NCBI GenBank assembly: GCA_963749655.1
Contig: CAVVOB010000013.1
Coordinates: forward strand, 262,685-326,684
Direction of reading: 5' to 3'
From: Nitrospirota bacterium
GTDB lineage: Bacteria; Nitrospirota; UBA9217
Length of the DNA: 64,000 nt
Below the pieces are notes generated by a model that saw only the letters and a program-made list of their open reading frames with translations, was not told where the DNA came from and did no database searches. This document shows positions 1-10,638 of the stretch, piece after piece (the first letter of the stretch is position 1; every line of letters starts with the position of its first letter). The position numbers and the translations under genes are program-made.

Positions 1-122
1 TTGGCCTTGTTCCCGGCATAGAGGCTCCAGACGAGCAGTATCGCGACGAGCGCTGCAAGGGAAAGGAAAATGAGCTTTGCTTTCTGGGTGTCGCTTTGGT
101 CGGTCCGTTCCGGTCTGTCCAT
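1..122 (-). CDS. Partial CDS (5' end), membrane-anchored hypothetical protein
   Basis: Manual translation MDRPERTDQSDTQKAKLIFLSLAALVAILLVWSLYAGNKA..., GGAGG RBS upstream; runs off window edge. Confidence 0.6.
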   Translation of the reverse strand, partial: MDRPERTDQSDTQKAKLIFLSLAALVAILLVWSLYAGNKA

Positions 123-292
123 CGTTGTTTTACTTCCTCCTTATCTTATAGTGTAGTTGAAAAGTTCGCCGAGATTCAGTCGGGAATGATTTTTTTTACC
201 GCACAGATGCCACGGGCGCGAAAGAAATCATGGACCGGGAATCATCGGGATAAACCCTTTGTTTCGCGCAGTGATGCCGGGACGGGGAAGGC

Positions 293-808
293 TCATTCTT
301 CGTAGCGTTGGACCTCAAAGCGGTAGAGCTCAACAGCGGTCCCCGGCGGGATTCCCGCCTTTTGCGTGGCGATGCTGATCTGGTAATCGACGGTGTCGAC
401 GCCCTCGAGGTCCGGCAGCAGCAGGCCGCGCCTGTTGCCGGCCTTTACGATGACGCCGTAGCGCCGCGGATCGAGTTCGCTTCGGTCGGCAACCTTTTCA
501 GGAGGGGTCAGTACGTCGACGGTGTATTCTATCGTGTCCAGCTCGTCGGCCCGGATGCAGGAAAACCGCGGGTCGCAGGTCGCGGCGCTGATGGAATTGC
601 GCACGGTTTCGTGGGCAATCGAGGGCTCCATGGGATGGAACGTGCCGATGCACCCGCGCAGGCTTCCCCTGATCTTGAGGCAGACGAACACTCCGGCGCG
701 GCCGCTGAGTTCGGGCGGCAGTTCATCGCCGCGCACTTCATATATCTTTCCTGTCCTGATGTAGAGATCGACTGTGTCTTTGGCAAGCTTGACGAGGGGA
801 TGCATCAC
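293..808 (-). CDS. amrA: AMMECR1-domain protein (AmmeMemoRadiSam system protein A)
   Basis: GVFVCL..LRGCIGT, DPRF and GLLLPDLEGV motifs. Confidence 0.9.
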   Translation of the reverse strand: MMHPLVKLAKDTVDLYIRTGKIYEVRGDELPPELSGRAGVFVCLKIRGSLRGCIGTFHPMEPSIAHETVRNSISAATCDPRFSCIRADELDTIEYTVDVLTPPEKVADRSELDPRRYGVIVKAGNRRGLLLPDLEGVDTVDYQISIATQKAGIPPGTAVELYRFEVQRYEE

Positions 809-1788
809 ATCTCCCGCTGCACCACGTAGTCCGCAAGGGCCGAGAGCGCCTGGCGCGGCAATGAATCGGGAAAGACCGAGAGGGCGGCCTTGGCCTCGTT
901 CGAGAACGTCTGGGCCACGTCAAGGGCGTCGTTCACGGCTCCGTGCTTGGTCATCAAGCCGAGCGTATAGGTCAGATCGGCGTCGGCCATCTTTTCCGCC
1001 TGGAGCAGGCTCCTCATGTGCGCCCGTTCGTCGTCGTCCGCTTTTCGCATCAGGTAAATGAGGGGCAGGGTGACCTTGCCTTCGGCGAGGTCCTTGCCCA
1101 GGGCCTTGCCGAGCTGCTTCTGGTCGGCGGCGTAATCGAGGGTGTCGTCGGTGATCTGGAAGGCGAGGCCCAGCTTCTTGCCGTAGGCGGTCAGGGCGTC
1201 CTCCTGCGAAAGCGGCGCCTTGCTGATGATGGCGCCGAGCCGGCACGACGCTGAGATGAGCACGCCGGTCTTGCATTCCACGAGCCGGAAGTAGTCCGCC
1301 TCCGTGATGTCCGCGTTCTGGATCTGCATCAGCTGGAGCACTTCGCCCTCGGACATGGTCGTCGTGGTCTCCGACAGTACGTCCATGACCCGCTGCTTCT
1401 GGAGCCTGACCGCATGATAGAGCGCCTTGGAATACAGGTAGTCGCCCACGAGGATGCTGGCCTGGTTGCCCCAGAGCGAGTTTGCCGCGTCGCGGCCCCG
1501 GCGGATCTTGGCCTCATCGACCACGTCATCATGGAGGAGCGAAGCCGTGTGGATGTATTCCACGACGCTTCCGAGAAGGTATTCCGCATCGTGCTCCCGG
1601 TACCCGCAGAGTCTTGCGGAAAGGAGATGGAGCAGGGGACGGAACCGCTTGCCGCCTGCGCCGAGGATGTATTTGCTGACCTGCTGGATGAGCGGAACGT
1701 CGGTGCCCAGGCTCTCATGGATCCTGCGCTCCATGCGTTCCATATCGGATTTGTATTCTTTTAGGACGTCTTGGAGGGTCGTTATCAT
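805..1788 (-). CDS. ispB: Polyprenyl (octaprenyl-type) diphosphate synthase
   Basis: GGKRFRP, LLHDDVVD and FQITDDTLD motifs; start trimmed to MITTLQ because upstream ORF part is translated repeat DNA. Confidence 0.88.
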   Translation of the reverse strand: MITTLQDVLKEYKSDMERMERRIHESLGTDVPLIQQVSKYILGAGGKRFRPLLHLLSARLCGYREHDAEYLLGSVVEYIHTASLLHDDVVDEAKIRRGRDAANSLWGNQASILVGDYLYSKALYHAVRLQKQRVMDVLSETTTTMSEGEVLQLMQIQNADITEADYFRLVECKTGVLISASCRLGAIISKAPLSQEDALTAYGKKLGLAFQITDDTLDYAADQKQLGKALGKDLAEGKVTLPLIYLMRKADDDERAHMRSLLQAEKMADADLTYTLGLMTKHGAVNDALDVAQTFSNEAKAALSVFPDSLPRQALSALADYVVQREM

Positions 1789-1870
1789 GACGATAATCTC
1801 GTGTGCTCTAGAGAAATAATAGGGGAGAAGAGAGGCAAAGTCAAGCGGTTTTCCGACGGCAAACCGCTTG

Positions 1871-2070
1871 AAATGCGGAATTCGGAACGGTTGACGAGAA
1901 ATGCGGAATGCGGAATGCGGAATTCGGAATAAACTCCGGGAATCAGTCATTGATAATCAGCGATGAATGCAAAGTGATCGTTGCATCGGATTCGTAAGCT
2001 TCTGTTTTGCCGTCCGCGAAACGGGAAGCGTGATCAAAATTCCGCATTCCGCATTCGCCATTCCGCATTT
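1871..2070. repeat. Inverted heptamer-repeat cassette (GCGGAAT)n ... (ATTCCGC)n
   Basis: Tandem GCGGAAT at ~1871-1930 and complementary ATTCCGC at ~2039-2070 between trpS and ispB. Confidence 0.8.
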
Positions 2071-2073
2071 AAA

Positions 2074-3057
2074 TCACAGCTTCATCGCTTCGTTTGCCTC
2101 GGCCAACGTTTGCTGAGCCACAGTGCGGGCCTTCCTCGATCCTTCCGCAATGATTTCGGCGACCTTCTCGGGATGTGCGGAAAGCTCCTTGCGTTTTTCC
2201 TGGATGGGCCTGAGATAGGCGAGGAGGTGCTTCAGGAGCTCGCGTTTGTCGTCAACGCAGCCGATGCCCGCGCGGCGGCATTCCACGTTGACGTGGTCGC
2301 ACCATTCCTTGGGGGCGAAGATGCGGTCGAGCGTGAAGAGGGGGCAGACATCGGGGTTCCCCGGGTCCTGCCTCCGGACGCGCGCAGGGTCGGTGACCAT
2401 GGCCATGACCTTTTTAGTGATCTCCTCGGGCGAATCGGAGAGGTAGAGGCAGTTGTTGTAGCTCTTGCTCATCTTGCGGCCGTCGGTGCCGGGAAGCTTC
2501 GGGTATTCGGTCATGAGGGGCTGGGGTTCGGGGAACACTTCGCCGTAGAACTGGTTGAAGCGGCGGCAGATTTCGCGCGAGAGCTCCAGATGCGGCAGCT
2601 GGTCGACTCCCACAGGCACGAAATGGGCCTTGTAGATCAGGATATCGGCGGCCTGCAGCACGGGATAGCCCAGGAAGCCGTAGGTGTTCATTTCCCGGTC
2701 CTGGATCTGCTCCATCTTTTCCTTGTACGTGGGCACCCGTTCGAGCCAGGGAAGCGGCGTGGACATGGACAGGAGCACATGGAGCACGGCGTGCTCCGGG
2801 ACATGGGACTGCTGGAAGAGCACGCACTTCTCCGGGTCGAGCCCGGCGGCGAGCCAGTTGATCACCATCTCGCGCACGAACGTCCGGATGTTCGAGGTGT
2901 CCGCGTAGTTCGTGGTGAGGGCGTGCCAGTCGGCGATGAAGTAATAGCACTCGTACTGGTCCTGGAGCTTTCTCCAGTTGTCGAGTGCCCCCATGAGGTT
3001 GCCGAGATGGAGCAGCCCGCTGGGCTGCATGCCGCTGAGGACGCGTTTCCTGGTCAT
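2074..3057 (-). CDS. trpS: Tryptophanyl-tRNA synthetase
   Basis: SGMQPSG..HLGN, VPVGVDQ and KMSKS motifs. Confidence 0.97.
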   Translation of the reverse strand: MTRKRVLSGMQPSGLLHLGNLMGALDNWRKLQDQYECYYFIADWHALTTNYADTSNIRTFVREMVINWLAAGLDPEKCVLFQQSHVPEHAVLHVLLSMSTPLPWLERVPTYKEKMEQIQDREMNTYGFLGYPVLQAADILIYKAHFVPVGVDQLPHLELSREICRRFNQFYGEVFPEPQPLMTEYPKLPGTDGRKMSKSYNNCLYLSDSPEEITKKVMAMVTDPARVRRQDPGNPDVCPLFTLDRIFAPKEWCDHVNVECRRAGIGCVDDKRELLKHLLAYLRPIQEKRKELSAHPEKVAEIIAEGSRKARTVAQQTLAEANEAMKL

Positions 3058-3117
3058 AAGTCCGCCGATCAGGGTCTCCTGCGCCGGCCGCGGTCCGCTG
3101 CTGCGCCGGCAAGGTTC

Positions 3118-3825
3118 CTACCCTTTAAAGAGAAAGTGCACGAGAATGGCAAGGATGTCATTCCCGAGAAGAAAGTACAGAACAGGTTGCACAATAGGCC
3201 ATATGAGATAGCCGAGAATATTGAATGCAAAGAGCGCCATGATGATGAGCATGCCGAAGGGCTCGAGGCGGTAGTAGGTGCGCCCAAGCTGGTCCGGCAG
3301 GAGCCAGTATACGATCCTGCTCCCGTCAAGCGGCGGGATGGGAATCAGGTTCAGGATGGCCAGGCCGACGTTGATGAGCACGCCGTATCCGAGCATCAGG
3401 ACCAGGGGCAGGCCGAACCATTCCCAGGCCGACGGGGGGATGAAGCCTTCAAAAAGCGGCAGCACGACACGCAGAAAGAACGAGAACGTGACAGCCATGA
3501 CAAGGTTGATCCCGGGACCGGCCAGCGAAGAGAGGGCCATGCCCTTTTTCGGGTCCTTGAAGTTGTACGGATTGATCGGGACCGGCTTCGCATACCCGAA
3601 CACCAGCCTGCCGGACGACAGCAGGAAAAGCATCACCGGCATGATGATCGTGCCGAACAGGTCGATGTGCGAGATGGGATTCAGGGTGAGCCTGCCCATG
3701 TCGCGGGCCGTATGGTCGCCGAGCTTGTTTGCGATCCAGCCGTGCGCCACCTCGTGCAGCACGATCGCGAACACGAGCGGCAGGGCCATGACGGCGATTT
3801 TTTGAATTGTGTTGAGTTCTTCCAT
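3118..3825 (-). CDS. Site-2 protease family (M50) membrane metalloprotease
   Basis: HEVAH and NLIPIPPLDG motifs, multiple TM segments. Confidence 0.93.
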   Translation of the reverse strand: MEELNTIQKIAVMALPLVFAIVLHEVAHGWIANKLGDHTARDMGRLTLNPISHIDLFGTIIMPVMLFLLSSGRLVFGYAKPVPINPYNFKDPKKGMALSSLAGPGINLVMAVTFSFFLRVVLPLFEGFIPPSAWEWFGLPLVLMLGYGVLINVGLAILNLIPIPPLDGSRIVYWLLPDQLGRTYYRLEPFGMLIIMALFAFNILGYLIWPIVQPVLYFLLGNDILAILVHFLFKG

Positions 3826-4007
3826 AATTGACAGTTACCTGTGAAACTATTTTCCACACAAAGGCACGAAGGCACGGAGAAAGACAAATTGAATTAGCGC
3901 CTTCGGCATTTCTCTGTGCGCTCTGTGTCGAGATATTTTTCGTTTGTGATCGAAAGCTGATAGTAAAAGAAAGAGCGGCATCCTGTCAAGAAAAAACAGG
4001 GCGGGCA

Positions 4008-5933
4008 TCACTTTTCGCCGGTGTAGAGAACGAATTTGCCGTCCCGGACCGTGATGAGGAAGGGTGTTTTCCTGGCTTCACCGGTCCCGGCAAAGGACGT
4101 GATGCCGGTGATGCCGTGGAAGTCCTTGAGGGTGGACAGACCGTCTTTGATTGCCTGCGGTGTGTCCTTGTGCTCCTTGAGGAGCGACAGTACCATGGAG
4201 GTGGAATCATAGGCCTGGGCCGCCAGGATATCCGGGTCATCCTGGTAGGCCGAACGGTAGGCGTCGATGACGGACTTGATCGACGGGTCTTCGCTCTCGG
4301 GGAAGAAGCCGTCGACGAACAGGGCGCCCTCGACATGGCGCTGGGCTCGTTCGATCAGGTCCTGCGAATGCCAGTTGTTCGATCCGATCATGGTGATGCC
4401 GGTGATGTTGTAGAACGCAAGCTGGGGTATCAGCAGGCCGACCCGCTCTGCGTACCCCGGGAGGTAGATGGCCCCGAAGCCCGGCGTGTAGTCCTGGAAA
4501 AGCTGCTTGCGCGCCGCATCGTCCTCGGGGATCTCGATCCTGCGCGAGCGGAGGTCGATTTCCATCAGCCTCCTGATATAGGGGCCGAAGTCCTTGACGT
4601 CGGGCGGGTAGGCGATCGACGCAAGGATGTCCGCCTTGCGGTCCAGATCGCGCGTGAATGTTCTGGTCAGGTCCTTGCCGTAGGCGTCGTCGGGATAGAA
4701 GATCACGATCTTGTTCGGCTTGAGCTTCACGGCGAACTGCGCGGCTTCGGCAGCCTGGCTCGAATTCGTGAGCGCGTTGCGGAAGAGCCACGGACTGATC
4801 CTGCCGATCCCTTCACCGGAAGCCGCGGGAGTGATCGCCGGGATCATCCGTTTGTCCAGCATCGGCGCAAGGGCCTCGGCTTCCTTGGTCATGAGGGGTC
4901 CGATGACCGCAACGGCGCCGGCTGAAGCCAGATCGTTCAGCGCGGCGACGGCCTTTTCAGGAGAGCCTTCCGTGTCCTTGACTGTGAGTTCTACCCGCTC
5001 CTGGGGGTTCTGCAGGTTGTACAGGTGGATCGCGAGCTGGATGCCTTTGAGCACCCGGTCGCCGAAGAAGGCGAGCTGCCCGGACTGGGGAAGGAGCGCC
5101 CCGATCATGTACCGGGGGGCGGTCAGCTTCGCTGTCGCGTCGTTCAGCAGCATTTCGGCGCGCGTTTTTTCGGGGTGGTCGGGGTACCGTTCGAGGAATA
5201 CCTTGGCGACCGCGACGGCGTCGGCGTACCGGCGCTGTTCGATCAGGAGCCCTGCAAGGCGGAGCCGTGCAAGGTCCGCGGGATAGGGCGTTCCCACCGC
5301 GAGCGTTTTGAGGTCGTCTTCGGCGAGGTCCTTTTCGATGATCTCCCGGACCCGGTCGCGGTAGCCTGACCGCTGGGCGTCGCTGGCCGCGTTCAGGGCC
5401 AGGTAGGCGTATTCCCTGGTTGCGGGAACGTAGTTCTTTTTTGCATTGTATGCAACGGCGAGCATTTCCGAAATGCGCAGCAGCTGGACAGGGTCGGTGA
5501 TCCTGCTCCGGTCCTCGAGGTTTGCGATTGCCGAATCATACTCCTTAAGCTCGAAATAGCATTGACCGAGCCTGGATTTCGCAGGGATGAGGAAAGGGGA
5601 AGCGGGAAATTCCTGGATCAGCTCCTTGTAGAAGGCGAGCGCCTTCGTATAGTCGCGCTGCGTAAAGCGGATGTCTCCCAGAAGGGAGAGCGCCCGGTCC
5701 CGGTACCTGCTCGTGGGATACTGGTACAGGAACGTGTCCGCGGTCTTCACCGCCTGTCCGTACTGTTTTTTAGCGACCAGGCTGTCTGCCTGGTCAAGCA
5801 GCGCACGGGCGTCCTTTTCCCATATCGGCTCGGGAACCAGCTTGGGCGCGCAGCCCGTCTGGAGGATCGCCGCCAGGCAGACAAACACGACAAGGGTGAC
5901 AACTGCGGTCAATCGGACGCGCCGGAAGGGCAT
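4008..5933 (-). CDS. Lipoprotein with TPR region and periplasmic-binding-protein fold (LpoA-like PBP activator)
   Basis: Lipobox-like QTGC, TPR-like helices, C-terminal IGALLPQSG..KDT..VIGPL type-I PBP domain. Confidence 0.75.
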   Translation of the reverse strand: MPFRRVRLTAVVTLVVFVCLAAILQTGCAPKLVPEPIWEKDARALLDQADSLVAKKQYGQAVKTADTFLYQYPTSRYRDRALSLLGDIRFTQRDYTKALAFYKELIQEFPASPFLIPAKSRLGQCYFELKEYDSAIANLEDRSRITDPVQLLRISEMLAVAYNAKKNYVPATREYAYLALNAASDAQRSGYRDRVREIIEKDLAEDDLKTLAVGTPYPADLARLRLAGLLIEQRRYADAVAVAKVFLERYPDHPEKTRAEMLLNDATAKLTAPRYMIGALLPQSGQLAFFGDRVLKGIQLAIHLYNLQNPQERVELTVKDTEGSPEKAVAALNDLASAGAVAVIGPLMTKEAEALAPMLDKRMIPAITPAASGEGIGRISPWLFRNALTNSSQAAEAAQFAVKLKPNKIVIFYPDDAYGKDLTRTFTRDLDRKADILASIAYPPDVKDFGPYIRRLMEIDLRSRRIEIPEDDAARKQLFQDYTPGFGAIYLPGYAERVGLLIPQLAFYNITGITMIGSNNWHSQDLIERAQRHVEGALFVDGFFPESEDPSIKSVIDAYRSAYQDDPDILAAQAYDSTSMVLSLLKEHKDTPQAIKDGLSTLKDFHGITGITSFAGTGEARKTPFLITVRDGKFVLYTGEK

Positions 5934-5936
5934 CGG

Positions 5937-6047
5937 TTACTTACCTTTTTTGGCCGCTGCTTCGGCTTTCGCTGCCTTGTTCCGTCCCCGGAGGGTCTCT
6001 TCCCGCCGCTTCCTTCTCCGTTTAATCTCTTTCTGTCTCTCACGCAT
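5937..6047 (-). CDS. Small basic protein, 36 aa (not in ORF track)
   Basis: MRERQKEIKRRRKRREETLRGRNKAAKAEAAAKKGK; AAGGAG RBS; stop 3 nt before the LpoA-like start. Confidence 0.7.
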   Translation of the reverse strand: MRERQKEIKRRRKRREETLRGRNKAAKAEAAAKKGK

Positions 6048-6267
6048 GATTATGCACTCCTTTCACCTGAAAATCCGATTCACAAAGCCTGCACACTATA
6101 ACGGAGATGGAGTAATTTGTCAATAAGGGACAGCGTGATACCGCATCCCGCAGCGCTCCCGGCCCCCTTGGGTTGGATCCCTGTTCTCCAAGATTTTTCT
6201 TGATTTCTTCAGGCTGATAGATTAGATTATAGCCGCTTCCACGTCGTAACTGTCCATGACCGACCGG

Positions 6268-6325
<58 letters not shown>

Positions 6326-6343
<18 letters not shown>

Positions 6344-6571
6344 AAATAAAACAAAGCTGGTCGCTCTTGACCGGCTTTTTTTATTTTCATGAGAGGCGAT
6401 CGAACCAAAGGGAGTTTGAGGGAAAGGATTTCCCTCATGTTTCGGGAGAGACCACGAGAGGGCAGGCCCTTTCGTGAAGCGAAGCGCGTGAGATTCCCCT
6501 TCTCGTCCACCAAAATAAAACAAAGCTGGTCGCTCTTGACCGGCTTTTTTTATTTTCATGAGAGGCGATCG
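6326..6571 (+). repeat. 77-bp identical direct repeat (tRNA 3' end plus terminator): 6326-6402 and 6495-6571
   Basis: Direct comparison; includes hairpin GCTGGTC..GACCGGC followed by T-run. Confidence 0.9.
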
Positions 6572-6744
6572 TAAGACATCATCCTCGGCATCAGTATGGC
6601 CGCCTCGCTCTCCGATAGAACTGCTGAAAGCAAGCAGGCCCTGCATAGACAGGGCCTGCTTTTGTTGAAGCATATGTCCAAGGCCGCGCTCGTCCTACCT
6701 TGCAACCGGACCCGATCGATGATATCCTCAGGGCGAGGTGCGAA

Positions 6745-7584
6745 ATGCGAAAATTACTTCTTTTCGTTTGCCTGTTTTCGATGCTGCTTTTTTCCTGTGC
6801 TTTCAGGGCAAAACCGGCTGATCCGGATCAGTTGCCGGCCGAGCTGATGCTCAGGTCCGGGCTGGAGAAACAATTGGAACAGGTTTCCCGGACCATGCAG
6901 GCTGTACTGGATCGGTCCCGGGCACAGGATCTTTTGACGAAGAGCTTCCCGCAAAGCGAGTTCGACGAACTCAGCCGCCAGATGGAAGCAGCCTTTGATG
7001 CACGATCGCTGAAAGGGGTTGTCCAAAAGCGCATCGTGTCGGACTTGACGGAGAGCGACATCCGGACCGTTCTGGCGTGGCTGAATTCGCCGCTCGGCCG
7101 CAGGATCACGAAGATCGAAGAAGAGGCGTCATCTCCTGAGGCATATGCCCAAAGACAGGCGGCGGGCGGCACGACTGCAGGAGATGGAGACCGCATTGCA
7201 CGGCTGAGAAAGCTCGATAAGGCCGTAAACGGCACAGAGTCCGCACTCAATGCCGCATTGAGCATGCAGGTCGCGCTCCTGACCGCGGTGAGCACGGAGC
7301 TTCCTCCGGAGCAAAGATCTTCGGTGGATGAGATCGTGGACATCGTAAAGCAGACAACACCGGACTGGCGCACAGAGGCGGAGCAGCAGATTATTGTGTA
7401 CTATCTCGATACGTACAGGGCGCTGTCTGACGTTGAACTCGATCAATACCTCGCCTTTGCCGAATCGGCATCAGGCCGGAAGTATCATTCCGCCATGATG
7501 GCCGGAGTGATGGATTCGATGCTCGAGGCCTCGCGCGAATTGGGGCGCCGGATAGGCCAGAGGCCGGTTCAGAAGCGGCCGTAG
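6745..7584 (+). CDS. Putative exported/lipoprotein, DUF2059-like
   Basis: Signal MRKLLLFVCLFSMLLFSC; two ..L.W/F..SPLGRRI / ESASGRKY motifs. Confidence 0.65.
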   Translation: MRKLLLFVCLFSMLLFSCAFRAKPADPDQLPAELMLRSGLEKQLEQVSRTMQAVLDRSRAQDLLTKSFPQSEFDELSRQMEAAFDARSLKGVVQKRIVSDLTESDIRTVLAWLNSPLGRRITKIEEEASSPEAYAQRQAAGGTTAGDGDRIARLRKLDKAVNGTESALNAALSMQVALLTAVSTELPPEQRSSVDEIVDIVKQTTPDWRTEAEQQIIVYYLDTYRALSDVELDQYLAFAESASGRKYHSAMMAGVMDSMLEASRELGRRIGQRPVQKRP

Positions 7585-7742
7585 CAGTTTTTTTTCCGCT
7601 GCCGACGCTTCCACCGTTCCCGTGCCCGCCAATACATACCTTCCTGTCGCGTGCAGCCTGATTTCCCGCAGATTGTAAGTACCTCTCTCCGTTCGAGGAG
7701 ACAGCCTTTCCTTTTTAAGGATCTTAAAAAGACCAGGTATTC

Positions 7743-8894
7743 CTAAGGTCTTTTCCTCTCCACGAGTCCCAGGGAGAAGGGAAGAAGAAGGACGAGGCAG
7801 CCGAGTAAGACCACGCCGGGCCAGCCGGTCTTCATGTAGACCGAGCCGGTGACGGTAATGCCGATCGCCCCTCCGAGATAATAAAACAGGACATAAAGGG
7901 AATTCGCGCGACCCTGGTTTGAGGTGAGTCTGCGGTTGAGCGAACCCACGGCAGCGGCATGAACGGCGAAGAAGGAGCCGCAGATTCCGGCCAGGCAGAA
8001 GGCGATCACGATCAGGGACTTGACGAGCGTGAGCGTTATGCATAGCCCGAGCACTGCCGCACCCAGGGCCATGGTAGTGCCGTTGCCGATCCGGTTGCTG
8101 AGCTTTCCTGCGAGCGGGCCGGCGGCGATCCCGGCGATGTAGGATAGATAGAGCAGCGTAATCACTCCGGTGCCCGTGTGGAAGGGAGGGCCGGAAAGAT
8201 AGAAAGGCAGAAAATTGAAGATCGATGAAAAGACAAAGAAAGAGCTGAACGCCACGAGGTAGGCGGGAGCAAGTTCTTTTCGGGTGACCAGATCGATAAA
8301 ATTGGCCGGACGCGCGGTTGCCGCACTGCTCCGCCTATCAGCGGGCAGCCAGCGGACCGCGGCAAAGGTCGCCGCCAGCAGGAACGCAGAGGCGCTTACG
8401 AAGGCGTACCGCCAGTGCAGCGGCGGATGAAGCCACCCGCCGAGAAGCCGTCCTCCAAGTCCTCCGGCCACCGTGGCTGATACATAAGAACCCATTACCA
8501 CATTGAGCCGTTCCAGGGGCAGGCTCCTTGCCAGATAAGCGGCAAGACAGGTCGTCACCGCGGGGATGAAAAGACCCTGGACAAAGCGCGCGGCGATCAG
8601 AAGTTCGAGGCTCGCAGTTGCCGCACAGAAGAAGCCGCAGAGGCTGACCACGATGCCGCCGACAAGTATGATCGGCTTGATTGCGTACCGGTCCGCAAGC
8701 ATGCCGAAGGGCAGGTTGGCGAGGGCGATCCCGAGGATGACCGCCGATATGGTGAGCGAGGCCCCGGTCGCGTCAGCGCCGAATTCGCGCTGCAGCACGG
8801 GCAGGACGGGCTGGGTGATGTAAACGTTTGTGATGGCCGCCATGCCCAGGGAGAAGACGAGCAGTTGGAGGTTCGGAGGCGTGTCTGGCTTCAT
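7743..8894 (-). CDS. MFS transporter (YnfM-like)
   Basis: YITQPVLP, GMLADRY, ARFVQG, YVLFYYLGG; about 12 TM. Confidence 0.88.
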   Translation of the reverse strand: MKPDTPPNLQLLVFSLGMAAITNVYITQPVLPVLQREFGADATGASLTISAVILGIALANLPFGMLADRYAIKPIILVGGIVVSLCGFFCAATASLELLIAARFVQGLFIPAVTTCLAAYLARSLPLERLNVVMGSYVSATVAGGLGGRLLGGWLHPPLHWRYAFVSASAFLLAATFAAVRWLPADRRSSAATARPANFIDLVTRKELAPAYLVAFSSFFVFSSIFNFLPFYLSGPPFHTGTGVITLLYLSYIAGIAAGPLAGKLSNRIGNGTTMALGAAVLGLCITLTLVKSLIVIAFCLAGICGSFFAVHAAAVGSLNRRLTSNQGRANSLYVLFYYLGGAIGITVTGSVYMKTGWPGVVLLGCLVLLLPFSLGLVERKRP

Positions 8895-9135
8895 GATGAG
8901 TGACCTTTTCCTGCACTGGCAATCGGGCACGATCCGGACCCCTTGGGGTGCTGCTTTCCCGCGAGGGGCCTGCATTCATTCTACCCTATTTCAGCGTACG
9001 CGGTGCTCACCCCTCTGCAGAGCAACCGATCCGTTTATCGGGATATGAAGTATCGCGGTTTCTTTTATCTTCAGGTCAATTTTCCGGCAATAGCAGGTCA
9101 CATCGAGCAAGGCAGGGCACGGTGCGGCAAGGAGC

Positions 9136-10638
9136 TCACTCTTCGCGAAAAGCTTCCTCGCGTTTTTTGTACAGGGCCGGGATGCTCGCGGCAAGGATCG
9201 CCAGAACGCCGAGCGCCAGCAGTGTCGCGCTGATCGGACGGGTTATGAACACCATGGGGTCGCCCCGCGAGAGCAGCAGGGCTCGGCGCAGATATTCTTC
9301 CATCATCGGGCCGAGGATGAAGGCGAGCAGCATGGGCGCCGGTTCGCAGTCCAGTTTCGTGAACAGGTATCCCAGCAGCCCGAACAACGCCATGAGGTAA
9401 ATGTCGAACTCGGTATTCTTCAGGCTGAACACGCCGATGCCGCAGAACACCAGAATCGCCGGAAACAGGATATGGTAGGGGATCATGATGATCCGCACCC
9501 ACATCCCGATCAGGGGAAGGTTCAGGATGATCAGGAACAGGTTGCCGATCCACATGGAAGCGATGATGCCCCAGAACAGCGCCGGCTGCTCGGTCATGAC
9601 CGAGGGCCCGGGCGTTATCCCCTGGATGATCATGGCGCCGACCATGAGCGCCATCACGGGATTGGAGGGGATGCCCAGGGTCAGCATGGGAATGAACGAG
9701 GTCTGGGCTCCGGCGTTGTTGGCCGATTCGGGCGCGGCAACGCCTTCAATTGCGCCCTTGCCGAACTGCGCGGAATGTTTCGAGACCTTCTTTTCGATGG
9801 AGTAGGCGGCAAAAGCCCCCAGGATGGAGCCGCTGCCCGGCAGGATGCCCAGAGCCGATCCGATGGCGGTCCCGCGCAGGATCGGGGCGACCATGCGCTT
9901 CCAGTCCTCTTTGGTCGGCATCAGGCTCGTGATCTTCGTTACTTCCGAGGTTCCGTCTTCCGCCCGCTCCAGGTTGCGGATGATCTCTGCGAGGCCGAAC
10001 ATGCCCATGGCGACAACAACGAAGCCGATGCCGTCGGTGAGCTGCGGAATGCCGAAGGTGTAGCGCTGCATGCCGGAGTTGATGTCCATGCCGACGAGCC
10101 CGAGAAGCAGGCCGAGCACGACCATGCCGACGGCGTGCAGCAGCGATCCCTGGGCCAGCACCACCGAGGCGAGCAGGCCCAGCACCATGAGCGAAAAATA
10201 GTCGGCCGGGCCGAACTTGAGCGCCACTTCGGCGAGCGGCGGGGCGAACAATGCGAGCAGAAAGGTCGCGACCGTTCCCGCAAAAAAGGAGCCGACGGCC
10301 GCGGCAGTCAGCGCCACGCCCGCCCGTCCCTGGCGGGCCATTTGATACCCGTCCAGCGTGGTGACGACCGAAGCCGCTTCGCCCGGCACGTTTACGAGAA
10401 TGGAGGTCGTGGAGCCGCCGTACTGGGAACCGTAGTAGATGCCTGCCAGCATGATCAGGGCGGAGACCGGCGGGAGGGTGAACGTGACCGGCAGCAGCAT
10501 GGCAATGGTGGCGGTCGGTCCGAGTCCGGGCAGCACGCCGATGAGCGTGCCGAGAAAAACACCCAGGAAGCAGTACAGCAGATTCGTCGGAGTGACCGCT
10601 GTAGCGAAACCTAATGCGAGGTGGGAAATGAGTTCCAT
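9136..10638 (-). CDS. tctA: Tripartite tricarboxylate transporter large permease
   Basis: GVLPGLG, YGSQYGGS, APESANNA motifs. Confidence 0.95.
   Translation of the reverse strand: MELISHLALGFATAVTPTNLLYCFLGVFLGTLIGVLPGLGPTATIAMLLPVTFTLPPVSALIMLAGIYYGSQYGGSTTSILVNVPGEAASVVTTLDGYQMARQGRAGVALTAAAVGSFFAGTVATFLLALFAPPLAEVALKFGPADYFSLMVLGLLASVVLAQGSLLHAVGMVVLGLLLGLVGMDINSGMQRYTFGIPQLTDGIGFVVVAMGMFGLAEIIRNLERAEDGTSEVTKITSLMPTKEDWKRMVAPILRGTAIGSALGILPGSGSILGAFAAYSIEKKVSKHSAQFGKGAIEGVAAPESANNAGAQTSFIPMLTLGIPSNPVMALMVGAMIIQGITPGPSVMTEQPALFWGIIASMWIGNLFLIILNLPLIGMWVRIIMIPYHILFPAILVFCGIGVFSLKNTEFDIYLMALFGLLGYLFTKLDCEPAPMLLAFILGPMMEEYLRRALLLSRGDPMVFITRPISATLLALGVLAILAASIPALYKKREEAFREE

Noticed and set aside
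1789-1950. N-terminal extensions in the ORF track (ispB; likewise cyoE, coxC, fadI, purM)
   Set aside because: They translate intergenic or repeat DNA; downstream starts fit family lengths
1981-3831. 616-aa plus-strand ORF and similar long antisense ORFs (e.g. 9472-10614, 26890-28071, 39634-41025, 41587-43068, 45553-46989)
   Set aside because: Shadow frames opposite well-supported genes, expected in high-GC3 DNA
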